Assembly: GCA_963742055.1 (NCBI GenBank)
Contig: CAVUKT010000050.1
Coordinates: forward strand, 5,829 to 69,828
Direction of reading: 5' to 3'
Source of the DNA: an uncultured Actinomycetes bacterium
Lineage (GTDB): Bacteria; Actinomycetota; Actinomycetes; Streptosporangiales; Streptosporangiaceae
Length of the DNA: 64,000 bases
Made by a program: the position numbers and the translations under genes. The notes below the pieces were generated by a model. The model searched no databases, was not told the DNA's origin, and saw only the letters and a list, made by a program, of their open reading frames with translations. Position 1 is the stretch's first letter, and every line of letters starts with the position of its first letter. Shown here in pieces: positions 55,068 through 64,000 of the stretch.

Positions 55068-55609
55068 GTGGGATCAGAGGTCGACGACGCCTACCTGGTC
55101 CGGCGGGCCCAGGAAGGCTACGTTGACGCGTACGCCGATCTCGTCGACCGTCACGGGCTGCTGGCCTACCGGGTCGCGTTGCGGCTGCTCGGGAACCATC
55201 AGGACGCGGAGGACGTCGCCCAGGAAGCGCTCGTCACCGCGTGGCAGCAGCTGCCCGGATTCAAGGCGGATTCCAGCTTTCCACCTGGCTGTACCGGATC
55301 GTCACCCGCCGGGCGCTGAACCGGATCACCCGCAGGCGGGTCACCGAATCCCTCGACCTGCTGGGCGACGTGGGCGACGCGGGCGACGGGCCGGGCCAGC
55401 AGGCGGAGCGGAATCTGACCGTCGACGCGGTCACGGACGCCGTGACCGCGCTGCCGCCGCCGCAGCGGGTCGCCATCGTCCTGCATCATTTCGAGGGCCT
55501 GCCGCTGGCCGAGATCGCGGACATCACCGGCAGCAGCATCCCGGCCGTCCGTAGCCACCTGTTCCGGGGCAGGCGCACACTGAGTAAGACGCTAGCGGAG
55601 TGGAGGTGA
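55068..55609 (+). pseudogene. ECF RNA polymerase sigma factor, frame change near 55270
   Basis: YLVRRAQEGYVDAYADLVDRH, AEDVAQEALVTAWQQLPGF, then STWLYRIVTRRALN and LPPPQRVAIVLHHFEGLPLAEIADITGSSIPAVRSHLFRGR. Confidence 0.85.
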
Positions 55610-55614
55610 ACGAG

Positions 55615-56263
55615 ATGTCCGGTCCTGGCCAGCCAATCCACGACGTCAGCCTGCTGCTGAGCGGCGCGAACACCCACCTGGCCTGCGGCGCCGACATCGA
55701 TGAGCTGCTCGAGCAGGCCGCCGACGGGTACGCGGGCCAGTTCACCAGCCACCAGCAGGACTGCCTCGTACTGCCAGGCCGCGCTGATCGAGTTCGGCCG
55801 GGTCTGGGCACCGGTGCGCAGCCTCGCCGCGGAGCAGGTCGCCGTGCCCGCCGCGCTGAAGAGCGCCGTCGCCAGCCAGATCCGCAAGCTCGTCGCGGAT
55901 ATCTGGTACACCCTCCAGCTCAGCGACGGCGGAGCCATCCGCGTCGCCGCCCGCGTGGTGGCCAGGATCGCCCGCGAGGCCGCCCGCGACGTCGCTGGCG
56001 TCCGGGTCGCCTTCGGCCGCAGCACCCACAGCCGGATGGCCGGCCTGGTCGAGCGGGCCACCCTGCGGCACCGGCACCCCAACGCGGCCGTCGGCGTCCT
56101 CGGCCGCACCGCGGTGGTCGATCTCGCGATCGCGGTCCAGTACGGGGACCAGGTGGACGCGGTCGCCCGCGAGGTCCAGCGGCGGGCCGTGGCCGAGCTC
56201 CGCAGCAAGGTCGGCCTCCGGGACGTCACCGTGAACGTCACCGTGGACGACGTCATCACCTGA
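55615..56263 (+). pseudogene. Putative zinc-binding anti-sigma (HxxxCxxC) N-terminus fused to a C-terminal Asp23 domain, frame change at 55765-55771
   Basis: ATG is 6 nt after the sigma stop. C-x21-H(55750)-QQD-C(55762). Then 7 nt lead to C(55772) in the next frame, so removing one nt gives HQQDCSYC. C-terminal half AIRVAARVVARIAREAARDVAGVRV..AVVDLAIAVQYGDQVDAVAREVQRRAVAELRSKVGLRDVTVNVTVDDV is a typical Asp23 domain. Confidence 0.6.
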
Positions 56264-56365
56264 CCGGCCCCGCCGGTGCGCCCTTGCCGGCGCGCTCCCC
56301 GCCAGGCGCCGCGCCGCCTCTGCCGGCGCCGCCGCGGCCGGGCCCGGGCGAGGTAGGTTAACGCC

Positions 56366-57828
56366 ATGGTCGCCACCTCACCCCTGGCCGCGCCGGACTG
56401 GGACTACGCACCGGCGCCCGAGTCCACGGACATCGTGTCGATCGCGCCCCGCTACGGCCTGTTCATCGGCGGCGAGTTCGTCCCCCCGGCCGCCGACCAG
56501 TACTTCGCCACCCTGAACCCGGCCACCGAGGAGCCCCTCGCCGAGGTGGCCCAGGCCGGGGACGCAGGACGTGGACCGGGCGGTCGCCGCGGCCCGCGCG
56601 GCCTACGAGGGCCCCTGGGGCGCCACCCCGGGCCGGGACCGGGCCAAGTACCTGTACCGGATCGCCCGGGTCATCCAGGAGCGGGCCCGCGAGTTCGCGG
56701 TGCTGGAAAGCCTGGACAACGGCAAGCCGATCCGGGAGTCGCGGGACGTGGACATCCCGCTGGCCGCCGCGCACTTCTTCTACTACGCGGGCTGGGCGGA
56801 CAAGCTGGAGCACGCCGGGTTCGGCCCGGACCCGCGGCCGCTGGGGGTGGCCGGCCAGATCATCCCGTGGAACTTCCCGCTGCTGATGGCGGCCTGGAAG
56901 CTGGCCCCCGCGCTGGCGGCCGGCAACACCTGCGTGCTCAAGCCGGCCGAGACCACGCCGCTGACCGCGCTGCTGCTGGCCGAGGTCATCCAGCAGGCGG
57001 ACCTGCCCCCCGGCACGGTGAACATCCTGACCGGCGACGGCGCCACCGGGCAGGCCCTGGTCGCGCACCCCGGCGTGGACAAGATCGCGTTCACCGGGTC
57101 CACCGAGGTGGGCAAGGAGATCCAGCGCGCGGTCGCCGGCACCGGCACGAAGCTCACCCTGGAACTCGGCGGCAAGGCCGCCAACGTGGTCTTCGACGAC
57201 GCCCCGCTGGACCAGGCGGTCGAGGGCATCGTCAACGGCATCTTCTTCAACCAGGGCCACGTGTGCTGCGCGGGCTCCCGGCTGCTGGTCCAGGAGTCGG
57301 TCGCGGACACCGTCACCGACCGGCTCAAACGGCGGCTCGGCACGCTGCGCCTGGGTGACCCGCTGGACAAGAACACCGACATCGGCGCGATCAACTCCCG
57401 GCAGCAGCTCGACAAGATCACCGAGCTGTCCGCGGCCGGGCGAGCAGGAAGGCGCGCAGCGCTGGTCACCGGCCTGCCCGCTGCCCGAGCGGGGTTACTG
57501 GTTCCCGCCCACCGTGTTCAGCGGGGTCAGCCAGGCGCACCGGATCGCCCAGGAGGAGATCTTCGGGCCGGTGCTGTCCGTGCTCACGTTCCGCACCCCG
57601 GAGGAGGCCGTGGCCAAGGCGAACAACACCCCGTACGGGCTGTCCGCCGGGATCTGGACCGAGAAGGGCAGCCGGATCTTCTGGATGGCGCAGCGCCTGC
57701 GCGCCGGGGTGATCTGGGCCAACACCTACAACCGGTTCGACCCGGCCAGCCCGTTCGGCGGCTACCAGGAGTCGGGGTTCGGCCGGGAGGGTGGCCGTCA
57801 CGGGCTGGCCGGGTACCTCGATGCCTGA
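56366..57828 (+). pseudogene. NAD(P)-dependent aldehyde dehydrogenase (full length), frame changes near 56565 and 57440
   Basis: YGLFIGGEFV, IIPWNFPLLMAAWKLAPALAAGNTCVLKPAE, FTGSTEVG, LELGGKAANVVF (catalytic Glu), FFNQGHVCCAGSR (catalytic Cys), EEIFGPV, PFGGYQESGFGRE. Confidence 0.9.
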
Positions 57829-58890
57829 CCGCCGCGCCCCCCGGGAAAAACCGCAAAATCTTCCGCAACGAAAACCAGCCCTGCGCCGGAGGACGGCCCG
57901 CCCAGCGCCCGGCGAGCTGCCGAGACCGGGGGCAGCGGGCCCGCAGGCCGCCCGCGGGCCCCGGCTGACCAGCGGCCCGGCGGCGGGCGCGACCCGGCCC
58001 CGGCGGCCCCGGGCGGCGGCACCCGGCTGGCGGTCCGCAAAACCTACAAGCTGTTCATCGGGGGCGCGTTCCCCCGGTCGGAGTCGGGCCGGTCGTACCC
58101 GGTCACGGCGCCGGACGGCACCCTGCTCGCGCACGCCGCGCTGGCGTCACGCAAAGACGCCCGGGACGCCGTGGTCGCGGCCCGCAAGGCCTTCCCGGGC
58201 TGGTCCGGGGCGACGGCCTACAACCGCGGCCAGGTCCTGTACCGGGTCGCCGAAATGCTCGAAGGCCGGGCGGAGCAGTTCACCGGCGAGGTTGTCGTTG
58301 GGGAGAAAAAGAGTGACCGGGCTGACGCGGCCCGGAACGTGGCGGCGGCTATCGACCGGTGGGTCTGGTACGCGGGCTGGCCGGACAAGGTCGCGCAGGT
58401 CACCGGGGGCGCCAACGCGGTGGCCGGCCCGTACTTCAACCTCAGCGTGCCCGAGCCGACCGGGGTCGTGGCGGTGCTCGCGCCGCCGGAGGCCGGGCTG
58501 CTCGGGCTGGTCAGCGTGCTCGCGCCGGTCATCGCCACCGGCAACACGGCCGTGCTGGCCGTCAGCGGGCCCGCGGTGCTGGCCGCGGTCAGCCTGGCCG
58601 AGGTGCTGGCCACCTCGGACGTGCCGGGCGGCGTGGTCAACGTGCTGACCGGGCGGCTGGGGGAGCTGGCCCCGGTGCTGGCCGCGCACCAGGACGTCAA
58701 CGCGATCGACCTGACCGGCGCGGCCCCGGCGGACCGGGCGGAGCTGGAACGGCTCGCGGCCGGGAACGTCAAGCGGGTGTTCGCGGCCGGCCCCCGCTGG
58801 GTCCCCGAGGACTGGGCGGCGGACCCGGGCCTGCGGCGTTTGCTGGCCTTCCTGGAGACCAAGACCGTCTGGCACCCGGTCGGCACCTAG
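57821..58890 (+). pseudogene. Truncated ALDH-family paralogue lacking the catalytic domain; low-complexity N-terminus with at least one frame change
   Basis: ATG overlaps the ALDH stop (ATGCCTGA). YKLFIGGAFPRSESGRSY, ARKAFPGWSG, VVAVLAPPEAGLLGLVSVLAPVIATGNTAVL, GVVNVLTG, then directly LLAFLETKTVWHPVG. No ELGGK, no Cys motif, and no cysteine in the 289 conserved residues. Confidence 0.65.
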
Positions 58891-58907
58891 CTAGCGCAAC
58901 GAACCGG

Positions 58908-60401
58908 TCACTGGCGCGACCCTGGACGCCGCGGCGATCGCGACCGTAGCCAGCGGGCGGCCGGACACCTGCGTGCAGGATGTAGGCCCCGAGAGCCGCC
59001 GCGGCCAGGACGAGGACGGCCGCGAGCACGGCCAGGATGGCGCGGCGGGATCGCCTCCGGCGGGCCGGGGCGGGACGTCCGAACGCGGCGGGGCGAACCG
59101 ACGGGACGGGGGAGCGCCAGCTGAGAGCGGCGGGGAGCGCCGCGGGAGCGGACGGGGCGGGGGAAGGGGCCGCGGCGTGACGAGCGGGCGGGGCCAGACG
59201 AGCGCGACGACGCGGGCCGGAGCCGGGCTCGGGCGGGACGAGGCGGGCGCGGCGGAGACGGGGCGGGTCCGGGCAGCGCCGTGGGCCGGCGGCGGCGGGC
59301 CGGGCACGTCGTCGCGCCGGCGGCGGGCGCGCGGCCGGCGGGAGTCCCGCGGCCGGGCGGGTGCTCCACGGCCAGGATGGGTTCGGGCCCGGAATCGTAG
59401 GGCGCGAGGCCGAACGCCGCGCGCAGGGCGTCGGCGAAGTCCCGGCAACTGGCGTAGCGATCCCCCGGGATCTTGGCCAGCGCCCGGGCGAAGACCTGGT
59501 CCGCGGCGGCCGGCAGATCGGGCCGCCGCGAGGTGAGCGGCGGCGGGGGGTGCGAGAGCTGCGCGTACATCAGCGCCGCGGCTTCGGGGGACCGGAACGG
59601 CGGCGCGCCGGTCAGCATCTCGAACGCCGAGCAGGCCAGCGCGTACTGGTCCGTCCGGCCGTCGGCCTGGTGGCCCTCGATCCGCTCCGGGGAGATGTAG
59701 TCCAGGGTGCCCATGAAATGCCCGGCGCCAGTCAGCCGGGTCGAGGTGGACACGGTCCCCTTGCTCAGCCCGAAGTCCGACAGGTACACGTGATCAGGCC
59801 GCCCGGGCCGGGTATCCAGCAGCATGTTCGCGGGCTTGACGTCGCGGTGCACCAGCCCGGCCGCGTGCGCGGCGTCCAGCGCCGAGGCCACCGGGGAGAC
59901 GATCGCCGCCGCCCGGGATGCCGAGAGCGGCCCCGTCCGGCGGATCAGGCTGTACACGTCCCCGCCGGGCACGAAACGCATCGCGATGAACAGCGCCCCG
60001 GCGGGGGTCTCGCCGGCCTCGAACACCGGGATGATGTGCGGGTCGTCGACCGCCGCCGCGGCCCGGGACTCGCGGATGAACCGCTGCCGGGACTCCCCGT
60101 CCCCGGCCAGCGCGGGAGCCAGGACTTTCAGCGCCACCAGCCGGTGCAGCCGCTCATCACGGGCCCGGAACACGACGGCCATCCCGCCCTGGCCGATCTG
60201 CTCCTCCAGCCAGTACCCGGCGATCCGCGAGTCTGTCCCTAAGCCCGATCCGACCTCAGCCAGGAACCCGGAGCCGGCCTGCTGATCGCGCACGACGCCT
60301 CCAGCGCTCTGGCCGTCCTGGGAAAGACCACCGTACCGGGGCAAATCATCGCGCGCCCGCGCCTTAGGGTCAGATCTCCCCGAACAGGCGATCCCCCGCA
60401 T
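58908..60401 (-). pseudogene. Ser/Thr protein kinase with Arg/Pro-rich linker; TM segment lies in another frame; likely start GTG near 60296
   Basis: IAGYWLEEQIGQGGMAVVFRA, HRDVKPANMLL, DFGLSK, GTLDYISPE, GDRYASCRDFADAL. TM AILAVLAAVLVLAAAALGAYIL is found only in ORF 58769-59029. Confidence 0.85.
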
Positions 60402-61011
60402 CGCCGAGGCCGGGGACGATGTAGCCGCGCTCGTTCAGCCGCTCGTCCATGGCCGCCGTGACCACCCGGACCGGCAGCGGCTCGTCGCCGGGGAAGGTGG
60501 CTTTGATCCGGTCGATCCCCTCCGGCGCGGCGAGCAGGCACACCGCGGTGACCGTGGCCGCGTCGCGCTGGCTCAGCATGGTGATCACGGTCTCCAGGGT
60601 CCCGCCGGTGGCCAGCATGGGGTCCAGCACGAACACGTCACGGCCGGCCAGGTTGGCCGGGAGCCGGTTGGCGTAGGTGGCGGCGACCAGGGATTCCTCG
60701 TCGCGGGCCAGCCCCACGAAGCCCACGTCGGCCGTGGGCAGCAGCCGGATCATGCCGTCCAGCATCCCGATCCCGGCCCGCAGCACCGGGACGACCAGCG
60801 GTACCGGCCGGGCCAGCTTCACCCCGCGGGCCTCGCCGACCGGGGTCTGCACGACCTCGGGCTGAACCCGGACCTCACGGGTGGCCTCGTAGGCGAGCAG
60901 GGTGACCAGCTCGTCGGTGAGCCGGCGGAACGTGGGGGAGTCGGTGCGCTCGTCGCGCAGCGTGGTCAGCTTGTGCGCGATGAGCGGGTGATCGACGACC
61001 AGAGTCTGCAT
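60370..61011 (-). CDS. upp: Uracil phosphoribosyltransferase
   Basis: [39 protein letters not shown] loop [28 protein letters not shown]. Intact ORF. Confidence 0.95.
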   Translation of the reverse strand: MQTLVVDHPLIAHKLTTLRDERTDSPTFRRLTDELVTLLAYEATREVRVQPEVVQTPVGEARGVKLARPVPLVVPVLRAGIGMLDGMIRLLPTADVGFVGLARDEESLVAATYANRLPANLAGRDVFVLDPMLATGGTLETVITMLSQRDAATVTAVCLLAAPEGIDRIKATFPGDEPLPVRVVTAAMDERLNERGYIVPGLGDAGDRLFGEI

Positions 61012-61024
61012 GATCGCTAGTCTT

Positions 61025-61910
61025 TCACTGCGGACCGGCCCCGCGGCGGCGGATCAGGGCCAGGTAGCCGTCTTCCAGCCGCGGCCGCAGCGGCTGCGCG
61101 GACGGCAGCGGCGGCGCCGGCGCGATCACCCGGTACACGGTGCGGTCCGGCAGCCGGACCGCGGACACCACGGCGGCCGCCTGCGCCGCGCTCAGCGGCC
61201 GGTCCGTCTGCACCGACCAGACCAGGCCGTCCGCGGCGCGGGCCAGCCCGGCCGTGTCGCCCTGGAAGATCACCCGGCCGCCGGCCAGCACCGCGCAGCG
61301 TCCGCAGGTGCTCGACACGTCCGTGACCGTAGCGGGTGGCCAGCACCACGGTGCGCTGCCCGGCCAGCGAGGCCAGCAGCATCCGGATCCGGGTCTGCTC
61401 CTGCGGGTCCAGGCCCGCGGTCGGCTCGTCCAGCAGGAGCACCGCCGGGTCGTTGAGCAGGGCCTGGGCCACGCCGAGCCGCCGCCGCATCCCGCCCGAG
61501 TACCCGCCGGCGGGCCGGTCGGCCACCGCGTCCAGGCCGGTCAGGTGCAGCACCTCGTCCACCCGGCGGTGCCGCCGCCGCGGGCTGGACATGCCCTTGA
61601 GGGTCCCGGCGTAGTCGAGGAACCGGCGGCCGGACAGCTCCGGGTACAGGCCCAGGTCCCGGGGCAGGTAGCCGAGCCGCCCCTGGAACTGCCGCCGCTC
61701 CCGGGGGCGGCCCAGGTCCCAGTCGCCGGCCCGGACCGACCCGCGGTCCGGCCGCGAGACGCCCGCCAGGATGCGCATCAGCGTGGTCTTGCCCGCGCCG
61801 TTGGGCCCCAGCAACCCGAACAGGCCCGGCGGGATGTCCAGGTCGAGACGGTCCAGGGCGATGATCCCGCCCCGGTACGTCTTCCGGATCCCCCGCAGCG
61901 TCACGTCCAT
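61025..61910 (-). pseudogene. ABC transporter ATP-binding protein (ABC-2 exporter type), frame change near 61320
   Basis: Walker [16 protein letters not shown], signature YSGGMRRRLGVAQAL, Walker B LLLLDEPTAGLD. C-terminal fragment CAVLAGGRVIFQGD in ORF 61025-61318. Confidence 0.85.
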
Positions 61911-61925
61911 CCTGCCCCCGGCCCG

Positions 61926-63453
61926 TCAGCCGGCCCGGGCCCGGCGGGCCTCGGCGAGTTGCAGCGCGGCCACGGCGGCCAGCGGCGACGGCCAGCAGCA
62001 GCCCGATGCTGGCCCCGGCCTGCGCCGCCGAGCGTGCGTCCCGCAGCAGGTAGGACAGCCCGGCCAGGCCGCCCGGCAGATCGCGGGCGAACAGTCCGTC
62101 CGCCGCGTACGAGCCCAGCGGCAGCAACGGCGTGGCCGCCAGCGTGGGCATCAGCCGGGGCGGCATCAGGTTGCCCCAGAACCAGTAGCCCGCCAGCAGC
62201 ACCCGGTACACCGCGGGGGTCAGCACCGCCGCGCCGGCCAGGGACACCGCCGTCACGAAGATCAGCCCGGGCGCCAGCACGGCGGCGAACGCGGCCAGCC
62301 CCCAGGCCAGCGGCAGCCCGGAGCGCCGCTGCACCGCGATCACCAGGAGCACCACCAGCCAGCTGGCCAGGGCCTGGGTGCTCACGGCGGCGGCCGCGCC
62401 GAGGAACCTGCCCCACAGCCGCGCGCCCCGCCGGGACCCGGTTCGACTCCAGCAGCTCGGCCAGCCCGAGCCGGCGGTCCCGGCCGGCCCGGCCGGCCAG
62501 GGCCAGCCCCGCGATCAGGGGGACGACCAGGTTGAAGTTCACCGCGTAGACGCCGACCTCAGCCCGGGCCGGCCAGATCAGCTGGGTGCTCAGCGGGATC
62601 CCGGCCAGCCGGGTGCCCGCGATCCCCGCGACCGCGATGGCCGCCCACAGCCACCAGGCCCGGATCAGCATCCGGTATTCGCAGGCGGCCGAGCCGAGCA
62701 GCGCGGGCATCTCAGCGGCCGCCCTGGACGGCGCCACGGCCGGGTGCACCGTCGCTGAGCACGCCCGTGCAGCAGCCGCGCCGGACGGCCCAGCAGCAGC
62801 CATCCGGCCACCGCGGCGACGGCGGCGACCAGCAGCAACGAGAGCCGGTTCGGCCAGTAGGCCGCCGGGTCAGGCCCGGGGCGGCTGGTGGCGAACAGGT
62901 AGAACGGGCGCAGCGCGGGATGACCCGCGAAACTCCGGGCCAGGCCCTCCTGGATGACCCAGACCAGGGCGGCCACCGCGGCCCCGGCCCGGCCGTCCGC
63001 CGCGACCGCCCCGGCCGCCACCGCGATCGCGGTCAGCGCCGCGGTGGGGACGAGCCAGGCCAGTTCGGCGCGGGCCAGGCCGGGCGCCCACAGCCCGGTC
63101 AGCTGGACCGCCGCGGCCGTGACCGCCGCGAACGCGCCGGACCAGCCCGCGACCAGGGCGGCCCGGCGGAGCAGCGTGCGGCGGTAGGCCGCCGGGTAGC
63201 TCAGCTGCAGTTCCAGCGCCGGGTCGGTGCCGATCAGCCGGGCCACCGCGATGGCGGTGCCGAGCGGCAGCACCCCCTCGACCAGCGAGGCCGCGAACGG
63301 CCCGGCCGGGTGGCCGGTGATCCGGAGAGCCGCGATCACGGCGGCCCCGCCGCAGGCCAGCAGCGGGGCGATGGCGAAGCTGGGCCGGCCCGCCAGGCCC
63401 GCCTCGACCAGCCACCGCGGGCTCGGGCCGGGGACGGCGCGGGATGAGGTCAC
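61926..63453 (-). pseudogene. Polytopic ABC-2-type permease partner, several frame changes
   Basis: More than 10 hydrophobic segments across fragments 62665-63453, 61901-62803 and 61270-62385 (e.g. AWWLWAAIAVAGIAG, LASWLVVLLVIAV, VLLAGYWFWGNLMPP). Immediately upstream of the ATPase gene. Confidence 0.55.
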
Positions 63454-63666
63454 GGGCGTGGCGCAATCTGGGGAGATGGGGCGGGCGGGCCGGTCACCGC
63501 AGCTTATTCGACATGCGCTCTACCTGCAGGAATGTAGGAAAGTGGACGCTATGCGGCGCCTAGGTGGATACCAGGCCGCGGGCGGCGGGTAGATGTCACC
63601 GACAGTTCTTGCCCTGGCCACGGCGCAGCCAGGGCGGCCGCCACGACCGCGTTGCATGGTGGCAGC

Positions 63667-64000
63667 GTGCGGATTGGGATCGTCACCGAATCTTTCCCGC
63701 CCGAGGTGAACGGCGTGGCGCACAGCGTGCTCCGGGTCGCCGAGCATCTCGTGTCGCGGGGACATCAGCCTCTCGTCATCGCGCCCCAGCCAGACGCGCG
63801 GGCCAGTCCCGGCAGCCGGCAGTCGCGGCGGACACCCAGCACGGGTTCCCGGTGGTCCGGGTGCCGCTCGGTGCCGTTCCCGGGGTACCGGAGCGTGCGG
63901 CTCGGCCTGGCCTCCCCCGCTATCCAGCGCGCGCTGCTCGCGCACCGGGCCGAGCTGGTCCACCTGGCCAGCCCGTTCTTCCTCGGCGCGCTGGGCAGCC
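63667..64000 (+). pseudogene. GT4-family glycosyltransferase, N-terminal part (runs off the window), frame changes near 63800-63850
   Basis: GTG 63667: VRIGIVTESFPPEVNGVAHSVLRVAEHLVSRGHQPLVIAP. Later VPFPGYRSVRLGLASP..LLAHRAELVHLASPFFLGALG. Confidence 0.7.

Noticed and set aside
60370-60401. 32-bp overlap between upp and the kinase ORF start
   Set aside because: Probably an ORF-caller artefact. The conserved kinase N-terminus begins near 60260, and a GTG near 60296 is a more plausible start.
62440-62450. tRNA T-loop-like ggttcgactcc
   Set aside because: No complementary T-stem, acceptor stem or anticodon arm around it, and it lies inside the ABC-2 permease coding region.

Overview
High-GC (roughly 70-75% by eye, not computed) actinobacterial chromosomal segment. 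The gene content looks like a Streptosporangiales- or Streptomyces-type actinomycete, but that is inference only. I recognise about 64 protein genes and no rRNA, tRNA or CRISPR.

Gene order:
- 1-10.4 kb: L-arabinose / beta-L-arabinofuranoside locus (araD, araB, two LacI-type regulators, a GH127 enzyme, a CUT1-type sugar ABC importer).
- 10.5-15.1 kb: XdhC-C/Mop pair, a polytopic membrane protein, and a Ser/Thr kinase.
- 15.16-16.52 kb: an IS256-family element with a 10-bp direct repeat.
- 16.6-21.1 kb: a lower-GC accessory islet (alpha/beta hydrolase, GNAT, PspA-like protein, SAM methyltransferase, P-loop kinase).
- 21.3-36 kb: conserved nucleoside-salvage block (phospho-sugar mutase, punA, BMP-family nucleoside ABC transporter, ECF sigma plus partner, cdd, deoA, add, deoC).
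- 36-47 kb: miscellaneous genes (double wHTH protein, methyltransferase, APH-like kinase, ltaE, metallophosphoesterase, AKR, AIM24).
- 47.2-51 kb: an XRE-NB-ARC-TPR-LuxR STAND regulator divergent from an HTH/Clp_N pair, separated by an unusual repeat-rich intergenic region.
- 51-52 kb: folD.
- 52-56.3 kb: a nine-gene Asp23/AmaP envelope-stress island with its own ECF sigma and a putative zinc anti-sigma::Asp23 fusion.
- 56.4-64 kb: two ALDH paralogues, a second Ser/Thr kinase, upp, an ABC-2 exporter and the start of a GT4 glycosyltransferase.

Main caveat: about two thirds of the genes, housekeeping genes included, are interrupted by single-base frame changes. I type these as pseudogene, meaning literally not translatable as sequenced, but I think most are assembly indels. 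Gene ends at fragment junctions are therefore approximate.

I found no clear-cut new multi-gene system. The most unusual items are the anti-sigma::Asp23 fusion and its island, the repeat array plus twin palindromes at 49.9-50.06 kb, and a catalytic-domain-less ALDH paralogue.
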